A DNA stretch of 64,000 nucleotides from the NCBI RefSeq assembly GCF_030028105.1, contig NC_092383.1, positions 86,447,921 through 86,511,920 of the forward strand. The letters are read 5' to 3'. The notes beneath the pieces are model-generated. The model saw only the letters and a list, made by a program, of their open reading frames with translations, was not told the DNA's origin and did not search any database. Source of the stretch: Mobula birostris. Taxonomy: Eukaryota. Both the position numbers and the translations under genes were made by a program. Every line of letters starts with the position of its first letter. Within the stretch, counting starts at the first letter, position 1. Below, piece after piece: positions 49,360 through 62,323 of the stretch.

Positions 49360-50425
49360 GCTTTTTGTATGAGTCCTACTTTATTGCAACTTCTGCAAGT
49401 TTCACCTTTAAACCTGCATTTCTTTGGTGAATGTGAGCCCCTGACACAATGCTAACACAATTTGTTCAGCCTGGCCAGTTTGTGTTCGGATATTGCAAAT
49501 TGTTTACACTAACTTTCATTCTTGACTACAATTCAATTGCATCCCTGTCTGTGGTTTCCTTTGAAACAACAATTTTAGATGTTCTGTTGAATGTGAGTTG
49601 TGCTTCAGTTAAGAGCTATTTTTGACTGCTTTCTTGTAAGATTCCACAAACTAAATAATCTTTCAGTGCATCATCAAGCCCAACATTGAGCTGATAATAC
49701 TCAGATAATCTCTTCAATACAGCCACAAACGCTGAAGTGGACTCCCCTTCTTTCTGATTCTGCAAATGAAACCTAAAGCTTTCTGTAATTGATAATAACA
49801 TTGTTTCTAAATGTTCTAAATTTCTGCTGGTTTGTTTGGAGCAGTCTAAATTTCAAAGCAAACTGTATGCCTTTAAAGGCAAAGTACTCAGCAAAATTGG
49901 CACTTGTTTCTCGGTATCTATTATATTTGCTTCAAACTATTGTTGAATTAACTCAGTATACACAGTCCGATTGTCTGGTGTGGAATCAAACGAGCCCGTC
50001 TTTCTGATGTAGCCAGCTGTTTGTGCTGTTTTAAATGATAATTAGCATCTGGTTCTCACTCTTTATGAATGGATGAATTCTTCTGATTTCTGATGTTTTT
50101 AAAACTTGATTGTGTTCTCCATTCAGAAGAACATGTGCTGTGCTGCTTTTCTATTAATTTGGACCACCTCTGCACGTGCTGTGCTACAATTTCTTTTACT
50201 TGCAATGTTTTTTTACTTCAAATCTTTTGCTGCACTTCAGCAGGTTGACAGCCATCTAACATTCATTTTAAAGATACGTCGTCACCAATGCTATGTTTTG
50301 TAACTTCAAAACATCAATCTAATTCAAAAGAAAATATGGGAGTCAGGGAATGTGGGTCTAACTTCGTTCTTCATTTCAAACGAGGCGTGCATGTATCATG
50401 TGAATTGCATACATCATCATGCTAG
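49360..50425 (-). mobile_element. Gypsy remnant orthologous to about 2060-4005
   Basis: Collinear homology. Gag fragment ESFRFHLQNQKEGES. Confidence 0.8.
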
Positions 50426-50629
50426 CTCATATTTTATGATCTTATGGTCTTGATTCCATTAAGAAAATCCAGGAGCCTAAATGTGATCTGTTCACTACGT
50501 TTGAATTTCATTCTCAACTAAACCAAAAGGATAAATTACTTATTAATATCAACAATTTATTAATAAGAATATTAACAGATTATTTATTAGTTATTGAAAC
50601 ATACAACAACAACCTCAGGCATATGAATC

Positions 50630-52805
50630 CACAGTGTGATCGCGGGACCATCGCAGCACGAGGAGGAACGAGGGGCTCGGGAGAGCGCTGAGAGCTGGGA
50701 AGCAGCTGAGGAGCTGAGGTGAGTGTGCTTGAAAAGGAGCGTGGAGGGCAACTGAAGGATTAATCAGAGTGTTGATTAGTCGATTGGAGGAGTGAGTACT
50801 TGAGATAATTGGCAGGGACAAATATAAGGAGGGGCAACTAAAGAGGAGCGGCCAGTGTGTGAGTGGCTCAGGGTAGGAGTGGAGCTTTGAGGCTTTGGCG
50901 AGCAGAGGCTGAGGACAAGCTTGCTCCCAGTGAGGTAAGGCCGGGTAAGTTCCTTTAATTAACTTAGGAGTAGGTAATGGAGGCAGCAGTTAGGGCAGTC
51001 GAGTGCTCCGTTTGCAGTATGTGGGAAGTCAGGGACAGCACAATTGTCCCTGATGACTACACCTGTAAAAGGTTCATCCAGCTGCATCTCCTGACAAACC
51101 GAGTTAGGGAACTGGAGCTGGAGCTGGATGAACTTCGGATCATTCCTGAGGCTGAGGCAGAAATAGACAGGAATTTCAGGGAGACAGTCACCCCTAAAAG
51201 TCAGGAGGCAGGTAGTTGGGTGACTGTCAGTAGAGGGAAGGGGAATAGACAGAAAGAGCAGAGCACCCCAGTGGCCGTTCCCATCAACAATAAGTATACC
51301 AATTTGGATACTGTTGGTGGGGGCGACCTACTGGGGACAAGTTGTAATGGTCACGTCTCCGGCACCGAATCTGGACCCTCAGCTCAGAAGGGAAGGAGGG
51401 AGTAGAGGAGAGTAGTAGTGATAGGGGATTCAATAGTTAGGGGGACAGATAAGAGGTTCTGTGGAAGAGATCGAGATCACGGATGGTCTGTTGCCTCCCT
51501 GGTACCAGGGTCTGCGATATCTCAGATCGAGTTCTCGGCCTTCTCAGGAGGGAGGGTGAGCAGCCAGATGTCGTGGTCCATGTAGGGACTAATGACGTGG
51601 ATAGGAAGGAGGAGGAGGTCCTGCAAAGAGAGTTTAGAGAGTAAGGTGCAAAGTTGAAGGACAGGACCTCCAGGGTTGCAATCTCAGGATTGCTACCCAT
51701 GCCACATGCTAGTGAGGCTAGAAATAGGAAGATAATGCAGCTAAATACGTGGCTGAGGAGATGGTGCAGGAGGGAGGGCTTCATGTTTCTGGACAATTGG
51801 GCTTTGTTCCAGGGAGGGTGGGATCTGTTCCAATGGGACGGTTTGCACCTGAACAGGAGGGGGACTAACATCCTTGTGGAACCTTGGTTTTCAAGGGATA
51901 TTGATGATCTGATTAAGAAAAATAAAGAAGTGTATAGCAGGTATAGGCAACAAGGAACAAATGAGTTACTTGAAGAGTATAGAAAATGTAAGAAAATACG
52001 AAAGAAGGAAATCAGGAAGGCAAAAAGAAGACATGAGGTTGCTTTGGCAGATAATGTGAAGGTAAACCCGAAGGGTTTCTACAAGTATATTAAGAGTAAA
52101 AGGATAGTAAGGGACAAAATTGGTCCCCTAGAAGATCAAAGACCAATGAGAAAAATGGGCCAGAAAATGTTAGATAGAATTTAATGCAGCCAAGTGTGAA
52201 GTGTTCCATTTTGGAAGGACAAATCAAAGTAGGACATACACAGTAAATGGTAGGGCACTGAGGAGTGTAGAGGAACAAAGGGGTCTAGGAGTTCAGATGC
52301 ATAATTCCCTGAAAGTGGTATCACAGGTAGACAGGGTTGTAAAGAAGGCTTTTGGCATCCTGGCATTCATAAATTAAAGTATTGAGTATAGGAGTTGGAA
52401 TGTTATGGTGAGGTTGCATAAGACATAGGTGAGGCCAAATTTGGAGTATTGTGTACAGTTCTGGTCACCTAACTATAGGAAGGATATCAGTAAGATTGAA
52501 AGAGTGCAGAAAAGATTTACGAGAATGTTGCCGGGTCTTCAGGAGTCGAGTTACAGGGAAAGATTGAACAGGTTAGGACTTTATTCTTTGGAGCATAGAA
52601 GAATGAGGGGAAATTTGATAGAGGTTTACAAAATTATGAGGGGTGTAGACAGAGTAGATGTGAGTAGGCTCTTTCCACTTAGATTAGGAGAGATAAATAT
52701 GAGAGGACATGGCTTTAGAGTGAAAGGGGAAAGGTTTAGGGGGAACTTCTTCTCTCAGAGAGTGGTGGGAGTGTGGAATGAGCTGCCATCTGACATGGTA
52801 AATGA
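50630..52805 (+). mobile_element. CR1 with 5' UTR and ORF1, internal deletions, 3' end lost
   Basis: ORF1 shows ECSVC..YTCK, IGDSIVRG, VGTND and a TAG at 51403. Jumps into ORF2 near 51880 and 52160. Confidence 0.88.
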
Positions 52806-52925
52806 CTGACGAGAGGTTAATTCTCCATAAATGTTAAATTTGCAGAAATTCTGAAGAAGTATGAATACTTGATCCTGTTGCGAGATTTCAACACAATCTG
52901 TGTGATCCCAAAGCCTTCACTTTAC

Positions 52926-52964
52926 CTTATAGACCACTCTGGGAGGATCTGATTCATCAGGTTT
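52926..52964 (-). CDS. Cytoplasmic exon, gene B: KPDESDPPRVVYK
   Basis: Acceptor gccttttacag, donor AAG|GTAAAG, 39 nt. Confidence 0.78.
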
Positions 52965-53218
52965 CTGTAAAAGGCAACGGTCAAATCATCAGACTCATTG
53001 ACACTGGGAACTCTGCTTTAGAGTCGTATCTGGAGCTTGGACTCCAATATATTCACATCAAACATTCTGCACACATACAGTTGTCAACATCTTGTCAATA
53101 TCATCTGCAGATAGCTTTGGATTGACCATTGGATAAGAAATAGTCAATGTGTTTAAATATCTTCCCTCAAATGATCAGTATATTTGAAAGCAAATTCCAT
53201 TGACGTCCAGAAACCTAC

Positions 53219-53309
53219 CTTAGTTTCCCTTGTGAACCATGAGACTGAAATAGTGCAGATCAGCAGCAGTGTGAAGAGCAGCCAACGACCAACCTTCCAT
53301 ATCATGAAA
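53219..53309 (-). CDS. Transmembrane exon, gene B: SFMIWKVGRWLLFTLLLICTISVSWFTRETK
   Basis: Acceptor cccctttgctcag, donor AAG|GTAGGT, 91 nt, Arg near the N-terminal end of the TM. Confidence 0.88.
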
Positions 53310-53378
53310 CTGAGCAAAGGGGAAGAGATACAGAACTGATGAGACAAAACGAGATGGCTCTGTGTTTGAAACATTTAC

Positions 53379-53390
53379 CTTCTGTTTCCT
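53379..53390 (-). CDS. 12-nt microexon of gene B
   Basis: gttacag|AGGAAACAGAAG|gtaaat. Confidence 0.68.
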
Positions 53391-53721
53391 CTGTAACCTT
53401 AGTGGAGTGGAGCTCGGTAGATAAGCACAGGCAGACGAGTTTAATTAGAAGAGTAAACTAGTGTTGACAGAACGATGAGTAGGAGAAAGGAGAAAAACCT
53501 GATCATCATCTGGAACAAAACCACATTTTCTCGAGGCAGTGGCAACATCTTGGATTGCAGTCATTCATTGATACTATTATGATTGTTGGAATTACTGAGT
53601 ATGCCCGCTAGAAAATGAATCTCAGGGTTGTATAATAAATTTATTTTGAGCTTTGAAATCTTTTCTGCATTACATCTAGTTCAATAACATTTTTTTTTAG
53701 CAGAATACCAACTTCTCCTCT

Positions 53722-53918
53722 CGTGTCATCACTGATTATTATTCTTCCATATTGTTCACTTTGCCCATTTGTATTCACTAACAATGTGCTCTGGCGGTTC
53801 TACATGTGGCACAAATACTTTGTGTGTGAACGGTATATTGGTGCATAGTGACAATCGATTGTGACCACTCTTCCCCACAACTCCTCTTATTTATCTTCTG
53901 CCCATAAACCACACAAAA
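53722..53918 (-). pseudogene. Truncated V exon V3' of gene B
   Basis: Acceptor intact. Compensating indels give TAA at 53887-53889, TGG became TAG at 53800-53802, and the 3' part and donor are deleted. Confidence 0.88.
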
Positions 53919-54999
53919 CTGAGGGAGAAATTCTTCAGAAAATTTACAGGTAAAATTAAATTTACACAAGTAGATTCAAGATTGTTTAATGTCATTTCTT
54001 GTATACAAATGTAAAGGAGAACAAAATCATTGTTCCTCTCGATCTGAAGCAGCACAAAAACAAAAAAAAATAAAGAAAGCAATAATAATAATAAAAGATG
54101 TTTTACTTAAAGCCTCTTTTGCACATTGGACATTTGTCGGACTTTGTTGTGTGTGGTTTGTCATGGATTCTATTGTGTTTCTTTGTTTTGTGCATGTGTG
54201 AAAGAAGATGAATCTCTAGGTCGTTTATGGTGTACATACTTTGATAATAAGTTTACATTGAATTTTGAACTTGGAAAGTGGCTAGTGGGATGACTGATGG
54301 AATTGAACTCAGGCAGTGTGAAATGATGAATTTTGGGAAATTGAACAAGGGCAAACCTTACGCAGTAGAGAACTAGGTGTGCAACTACACCGATACCTGA
54401 AAATGGTAAGACAGATACCTGAAAGTGGCAACACAGGCAGACAAAGTGCTGAACAAGGAATATGACCAGCTTGCCTTCATATGATGGGGCATTAATACAG
54501 TTGCGATGGCATGTTAGAGCTATAAAGGACATTGTCACGATCTCAACTTGAATACTCTGTGTAGTTCCATAGGAAGAGTGTGATTAAATTAGAGAAGGTA
54601 CAGAAAGCATTCACAAAGATGCTGCTAGGACTGGAGGGTTTGGGTTATGGACAGGCTCGGACAGTTTGAAACTTGGATGTGCAAGTTCAACTATGTTTGA
54701 AATGCTCCACATTTGAATGGAGTAAGTGACAGATTATAACATTGCATTAAGGTAGTACAAGGGGAAACAGTAAGAGAATGCAGAATAAAGTGTTACAGTT
54801 ACAGAGAAAGTGCCATGCAGTAGACAATAAGCTGCAAGCCCAGTTAGATTATAAGATCAAACACCCATTTTATCATACTACGAGAGCATCCAATAGTTTT
54901 GTAACAGTGAGAAAGAAGCTGTCCTTGAAGCTTGTGGTACATGCTTTCAGACTCTTGTAATTTCTGCCCAATATCAGGGGAGAGGAAGAGAGTACGTCA

Positions 55000-57690
55000 G
55001 TGGCTAAAAGATGGCTGCTATTGAGAGCTGAATGTCCAAGGATCTACTGTGTATTGGAAAGATAGGTTGATAGGCAGAAGGGGTGGTGTGGCCCTGTGTA
55101 TAAGAAATAATATTAAATCATTAGAAAGGGATGACAGAGGATTGGAAGGTGTAGGGTCTCTATGAGTTGAGTTAAGAAATGTCAAGGGTAAAAGGACCCT
55201 AATGGCAGTTGTGTACAGACCTTCAAACTGCAGCTGGGATGTGGATTACAAACTTCAGCAGGAGATAAAAAAGGCATGTCATAAGGGCAATATCATGATA
55301 ACCTTCAGGGATTTTTACATGAAAACGTCTGGGGAAAGCCAGGTCAGTACTTGACCTCAAGAGAGAGGATTTGTAGAATGTCTAAGGCATAGTTTTTTAA
55401 AACAGCTTGTTATTGAGCCCACTTGGGGATAGGTTGTGCTGGATTGGGTGTTGTGCAATGATCCGGAGGTGATAAAGAGAGCTAAAGGTTAAGGAACCCT
55501 TAGGGAACAGTGATCACAATATGATCATTCACTTTGAAATTTGAGAAGAAGAAACTAAATTCAAATGTGTTGGTATTTCAGTGGAATAAAGGAAATTACA
55601 ATGGCATGAGAGGGGAACTGGCCAAAGTTGACTGGAAAGGGACACTAGCAGGAAGGACAGCAGAGCAGCAATGATTGGAGTTTCTGCGAAAAATGAGGGA
55701 AGTGCAAGGCAGATATATTCCAAATAAGAAGAAATTTTCAAATGGAAGGATGATACTACCATGGCTGACAAGTGAAGTCAGAGCCAAAGTAAAAGCAAAA
55801 GAGAGGGCATACAAGGAAGCCAGAGCTAGTGGGAAGATAGAGAATTGGGAAGATTTGAAAGACTTACAGAAGGAAACTAAGAAGGTCATTAGGAAGGAAA
55901 AGATGAATTATGAGAATAAGCTGGTAACTAATATCAAAAAAGATACTAAAGGCTTTTTTAAGTATATAAAGGGTAAAAGGGAGTCGAGGGTAGATATAGG
56001 GCCAATAGGAAAATGCCGTTGGAGATATTGTAATGATAGACACAGAGATGGCATATTTTGCAACAGTTTTCACAGTGGAAGACCTCTGCAGTATACCTGA
56101 TTTTCAAGAGTGTCAGGGAAGTGAAGTATGTGCAGTGAAAATTATGACTGAGAAGGTGCTCAAGAAGCTTAATGGTTTGAATGTGGATAAATCTCCTGGA
56201 CCTAATGGAATGTACCCTTGGGTTCTGAAGGAAGTAGCTGGAGAGATTGTGGAGGCATTAGCAGTAATCTTTCAAGAATAAATATTTCTGGCATTGTACC
56301 AGATGACTGGAAAATTGCAAATGTTATTCCGCTATTTAGGAAGGGTGGGAGGCAGCAGAAAGGAAACTGTAGGCCTGTTATCCTGACATCAGTGGTTGAG
56401 AAGTTTTTGGAATTGATTGTTAGGGATGAAATTACAGAGTACCTGGAGGCATATTGCAAGATAGGCCAAAGCTAGCAGAGTTTCCTGAAAGGAAAATCCT
56501 GCCTGACTAACCTACTGCAATTTTTTGAAGAAATTACTAGCAGGGTAGGCAAAAGAGATGCAGTGGATGTGGTGCACTTGGATCTTCCGAAGGCCTTTGA
56601 CAAGGTTCCACACATGTGGCTATTTAGCAAGTTAAGAGCCCAAGGAATTACAGGGAAGTTACTAGCATGGGTGGAGTATTGGCTGATCGGTAGAAACAGA
56701 GAGTGGTAATAAAGGGATCCTATTCTGGCTGGCTGCCAGTTACCAGTGGAGTTGCACAGGGTTTGGTGTTGGGACTGCTGCTTTTTACAATGTACATCAA
56801 TGATTTGGTCTATGGGATTAATGGATTTGTAGCTAAATTTGCTGATGATACAAAAATAGGTGGAGGAGCGGGTAGTGTTGAGGAAACAGAGAGCCTGCAA
56901 AGAGCCTTAGATAGTTTAGGGGAATGGGCAAAGAAGTGGCAAATGAAATACAATGTTGGAAAGTGTATGGTCATGCACTTTTGTGGAAGAAATAAATGGG
57001 CAGACTATTATTTAGATGGGGAGATAATTCAAATTGCAGAGATGCAAAGGGACTTGGGAGTCCTTCTGCAGGATACTCTAAAGGTTAACCTCCAGGTTGA
57101 GTCAGTGGTGATAAAGGCGAATGCAATATTGGCATTCATTTCTAGAGGTATAGAATACAAGAGCAGGGATGTGATGTTGAGGGATTATAAGAGAATGATT
57201 CCAGGAATGAAAAAGTTACTATATGGGAAAGGTTTGGCAGCTCTTGGGCTGAATTCCCTGGAGTTCAGGAAAATAAGGGGGGATCTCATAGAAACATTCT
57301 GTATGTTAAAAGGCCTGAATGGATTCGAAATGGCAAAGTTATTTCCCATGGGAGGGGAGTCTAGGCCAAGAGGGCATGACTTCAGGATTGAAGGATGTCC
57401 ATTTAGAACAGAAATGCAGAGAAGTTACTTTAGTCAGAGTGTCGTAAATCTGTGGAATTTTTTGCCATGAGCAGCTGTGGAGACCAAGTCATTTTGTGTA
57501 TTTAAGGCAGAGATAGATAGGTTCTTGTTTAGCTAGGGTAATCAAGAGCTATGGGTAATGAAGGGTATGGGGAGAAGGCAGGCGAGCGGGGATGACTGGA
57601 CGAATTGGATCAGCCCATGATTGAATGGCGGAGCAGACTCGGTGGGCCAAATGGCCTACTTGTGCTCCTTTATCCTATGGTCTTATCGGT
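55000..57690 (+). mobile_element. CR1 ORF2 plus 3' end, gene-B-specific intronic insertion
   Basis: Endonuclease and RT fragments. Splits sequence that is contiguous at about 16545 in gene A. Confidence 0.88.
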
Positions 57691-59534
57691 AATTGGGTCT
57701 TCAATTAGATTGGCTGCTTTACCATGTCAGTGAAGTGTATTAAAATCAATTAAAAATATAAATTATTACAAATATCCATAAAGTATAATTATGTATGTAT
57801 GAATGTGTATAACAATCAGGATGTGGGGAGAAGCTGAGGTAATATCTACAGATCCCTCTGCACTCACAATTGAAGGATCTAATAAAGGAAACACTGCCTC
57901 TGCTTAAAACCAGCTCTCCTACAAAAGTCAACTCCCTCCTAATTCCATACTGGTTTGGACATTGATTGTTGAGTTCTCACTGGTGTCACGTCAAAATCTT
58001 TTCCCCTCTGGACTGTGGAACATCTTCAACAGACCCAGTAGAAAGCCTGCAGTGAATGTATCAGGGCAAACAGTTTGACATCACATGAGCTCCTCCAAGC
58101 ACACATTGTAGATGGAGATGTCTCCTGCTGTTACATAACCAGCACATAGAGAAATAACTTGAAATGTGATGTCCTCAGCCAGTAATTGAGCAGGAACTTT
58201 GCCTTGCTGTGACTTTCGCTGCTGTGGAACCAGTGGTAAAGAAGCTTTGCACGTTCTTGGCCAGTACTGCTCAACTTATGTCATGGGATAGAGTTAGCCG
58301 TGGAACTGTCAGAGTAAATGCTACAGGGAGCACCCTCTGAGTCATGACAAATGGAGGAACATGTTCTAATTTCCTCATCACAGACATAGCACAGCAGTGT
58401 GATGTAAACATGACGCTATTTCCATTCTGATGAGCTGCAGATCAGGAAGGTTCAGGGATGCCACTTTCCTGTAAGAATGAAGTGCAAGTCTGGCAGGATT
58501 AGGAAATCCTGGCTGACAAGGGATATTGAGATTCTGGTCAGGAAAAACAAGGCATCGGCAGTGAATCCCTTGAGGAATGTAAGAGATATAGGTATACAAT
58601 TAAAAGAGATCAGGAAAGCAAATAGAGTATGTGAGATAACATAAGCAGATAAGGTAAAAGAATTCTGAGAGTCTTACACGTCTATTAAAAGGAGAAGAGC
58701 AACAAGGAAGAGATTAAGTTCCCATAACGATTAATGTGATCATCCATATGTGGAGCTACAGGAGACTGGTGAGGTCTTAAATTAATATTTCTTGTCTGTA
58801 TTTACTGTGGAGCAGGTCATGGAAGATAGGAATTAAGGGAAATGAATAGTGTTCTATTGGAACATATCATTACAAAAGAAGAGTTGCTGGCAGTCTTGAA
58901 GAATATAATTTTCAGATAATCTCATAGGGCCTGAGCAAGTGTAGCCCAGGATATTATGAGGAGCTAGGGAGAAATTACTAAGGCCTTGGCAGAGATATCT
59001 GCATCACCCAGCCATAAGTGAGGGAACAGAAGTGTGGAGGATTAATGGCAAATATTGTGGCTTTATGTAAAGAAGGGGTACAAAGGCACGCCAGGAAGCT
59101 GCATGTCAGTGAGACCAACATCACTGGTCGGAACCTTACAAGAGAGGATTCTGAGAAATAGAGTCGACTAGCAATTGGATAAGCAAGGACTGATGAGGAA
59201 TAGTCTGCATGGGAAATCAGATCTCACCAATATGAATGAGCATTTGAAGAGGTGACAGTGTCACGATGTACGCTGGCAATGTTGGAACCCAATTGCACAG
59301 GAAATCCAGACTCCAATGTGGAGACGGAGACCAAAGTTTATTCATAGGAATTCCAACAGAATGTCAATGGCTGAGCGGCAACTGCAAGACTGAACGCTCT
59401 CAAATTGGACCCCGCGATTAGCGCTAATCAGGCATCCGCTTAAGTAATACAAGTAATATGGAATTCCTGAGCCTATCAAAATGATGGAACGCACACCATG
59501 ATGGACTGTTTATTGTCACCAGATATTTTAACCA

Positions 59535-61545
59535 TGTGAACCTTAAGTCAGTGCTCCCCAGATTCCATCAGAACATGGACTTTGCAACGAGAGGGGAGAA
59601 TGTGTTGGACCTTGTTTACACAAACATTCCCGACCCCACCTCAGCTACTCAGACCACGTCTCTGTTATGCTAATCCCAGCGTACAGACAGCACATCAGGC
59701 GCGCCAGACCTGTTCAGAAGCAGGTGAAAACCTGGCCAGCAGGAGCCATCTCTGCTCTTCAAGAATGCTTTGAGCACACTGACTGGCACATGTTCAGGGA
59801 GGCTGCAACTGACGGCGACTCTACCAGCTTAGAGGAGTACACGGCATCAGTGACTCAGCAAGTGCGTCAATGACGTCACTGTGGCCAAGACCATCACTAC
59901 ACGCGCTAACCAGAAGCCATGGATGACCACAGAGGTGCGTGCGCTGCTGAGGACCTGTGACTCCACCTTCAGAGCAGGCGACAGGGCAGCCCTAACAACA
60001 GCAAGGGCCAAACTGTCCCGGGCCATCAAAAAAGCAAAGCGTGCACACGCCCAGCGAATCCACAGCCACTTCCAGGATAGGGGCGGCACATGGCACCTGT
60101 GGAAAGGCATTCAGAACATCACCAACTACAAGACAACACCACCTGCCCGTGCTGGTGATGCCTCCCTCCCAGATGCGTTGAATAACTTCTATGCTCGTTT
60201 TGAGGTGAAAAATGACATGGCAGTGAGGAAGACCACTCCTCCTCCGAACAACCAGGTGCTGTGTCTTACCTTGGCTGATGTGAGGAGAACCCTGTGCAGG
60301 GTCAACCCATGGAAGGCTGCTGGACCAGACAATATTCCTGGCAAAGTGCTTAGAGTATGTGAAGACCAGCTAGCTGAGATTCTCACTGACATCTTCAACA
60401 TCTCCGAGCAGCACCGTCGTTCCTACGTGCTTCAAGGCCGCCACCATCGTCCCCGTGCCGAAGAAGTCTTCAGTGTCCTGCCTCAACAACTACCATCCCG
60501 TCACACTCACAACCATCATCATGAAGTGTTTCGAGAGGCTCGTCATGGAGCACATCAAGACCCTGCTGCCCCCCTCACTGGACCCCCTGCAGTTCACGTA
60601 CCGTCCCAACCGTTCAACAGACGATCCCATTGCCATCACCCTCCACCTGGACAAAAAAGACACTTACGTTCGAATGCTGTTCATAGACTTCAGTTCAGCA
60701 TTCAACACAATCATTCCTCAGAAACTGATTGGAAAGCTGAGCCTACTGGGCCTGAACACCTCCCTCTGCAACTGGATCCTAGACTTCCTGACTGGGAGAT
60801 CTCAGTCCGGATTGGAAGCAGCACCTCCAACACCATCACACTGAGCACGGGGGCCCCCCAGGGCTGTGTGCTCAGTCCACTGCTGTTCACTCTGCTGACC
60901 CACAACTGTGCTGCAACACACAACTCGAACCAAATCACCAAATTTGCCAATGACACGGCCGTGGTGGGTCTCATCAGCGAGAATTATGAGTCAGCTTACA
61001 GAGAGGAGGTGCAGCGGCTAACAGACTGGTGCAGAGCCAACAACCTGTCCCTGAATGTGAACAAAACAAAAGAGTTTGTTGTTGACTTCAGGCTTCAGGA
61101 GGACACGGAGCGACCACTCTCTGCTGAACATGAATGACTCCTCCGTAGAGATCGGTAACAGCACCAAATTTCTTAGTGTTCACATGGCGGTGAATCTCAC
61201 CTGGTCCCTCAACACCAGCTCCAGAGCAAAGAAAGCCCAGCAGCGTCTCTACTTTCTGCGAAGGATGAGAAAAGTCCATCTCTCACCTCCCGTCCTCACC
61301 ACAGTCTACAGAGGTTGTATTGAGAACATCCTGAACAGCTGCATCACTGCCTGGTTCGGAAATTGCACCATCTTGGATCGCAAGACCCTTCAGCGGATAG
61401 TGAGGTCAGCTGGGTAGATCATCGGGATCTCTCTTCCCACCATTACCGACATTTACACATCACGCTGCATCCGTAAAGCAAACAGCATTATGAAGGACTC
61501 CATGCACCCTTCATACAAATTCTTCTCCCTCCTGCCATCGAGCTG
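59535..61545 (+). mobile_element. Rex1/Babar-type LINE, frameshifted
   Basis: [35 protein letters not shown]. Confidence 0.88.
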
Positions 61546-62268
61546 CCATAGCAATCCATAGAAATGGATACATTAACAAAGGTTAAGAGACATTTTGACA
61601 GATGTGTGGATAGGAAAGGCTTAGAACAGGGCTTCACAAACTTTTTTATGCCATGGACCTTAATTCATCAACTTCAGTTTGTTTATTTATGTGTAATTAA
61701 TCTGTAGATTTCATTCTCACTTTCATAAACTATTATGCATTATGTATACTGCAGTGCTTTGCATCTTGGTTTGGAGAAACATTGCCTCACTGGACAGTAT
61801 ACATGTATATAGTTAAATGACAATAAACTTGACTGGACTGGACTGGACTTGATCCCAGGTTGGGAGCCCCTGGCAGAGAAGGATATGGAATAAATAAAAT
61901 TAAATGTGCTGAACTTAGATGAACATCCTGGTTGGCTTGGACGAGTCAGGCTGAAGGGCCTGTTGTTCTAATATATATCAAAGACATTATGATTCTATAC
62001 ATGAGCTTCAACTGCTATGCTTAAATTTTTAAATAATTGGGGAAGAGAAATTTTTCTTTGATCTCAGGCTTGACGCATGTTCAAGAAAATCAGGAATGCT
62101 CAGTTTCCAAGATATGAGTTTGTTGAAGTTAATCATGTCAAATATGATAAACACTAGTTGAAGAGAAACAGATTTCTCTCCCAACTGGCTCTACTTGGAA
62201 GCAGTAGCAGTGAAACCACCCGCAGCGAAAACCTTATACTTTACATTTGGGCTGGAGTAGTTTCTTAC

Positions 62269-62323
62269 CTTTGTGCGGTTGTCATCAATTCTGTCACAGT
62301 ATTTTCACAGAAATCAATTCTCC
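62269..62323 (-). CDS. Stalk exon S1' of gene B: GRIDFCENTVTELMTTAQ(R)
   Basis: Acceptor ttttcttttaacag, donor AG|GTAAGA (55 nt, phase 1 to 2). The distal donor at 62244 homologous to S1 would include an in-frame TAA. Confidence 0.72.

Larger units (their letters stand above)
52926..62323 (-). other. Gene B (3' part): tandem paralog of gene A, with stalk S1', truncated V3', microexon, TM and cytoplasmic exon; the 5' part lies beyond the window
   Basis: Collinear homology with about 4.4-20.2 kb, with a large deletion at about 53720. Confidence 0.8.

Noticed and set aside
59259-59530. Additional LTR starting TGTCACG
   Set aside because: Only one plausible end and no TSD, so too incomplete to call.
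4912-62323. Assigning the symbol PIGR, CD300 or FCGR1
   Set aside because: The V+C2 mix, TM and short tail do not match those genes. The similarity is domain-level, and orthology needs phylogeny and synteny.
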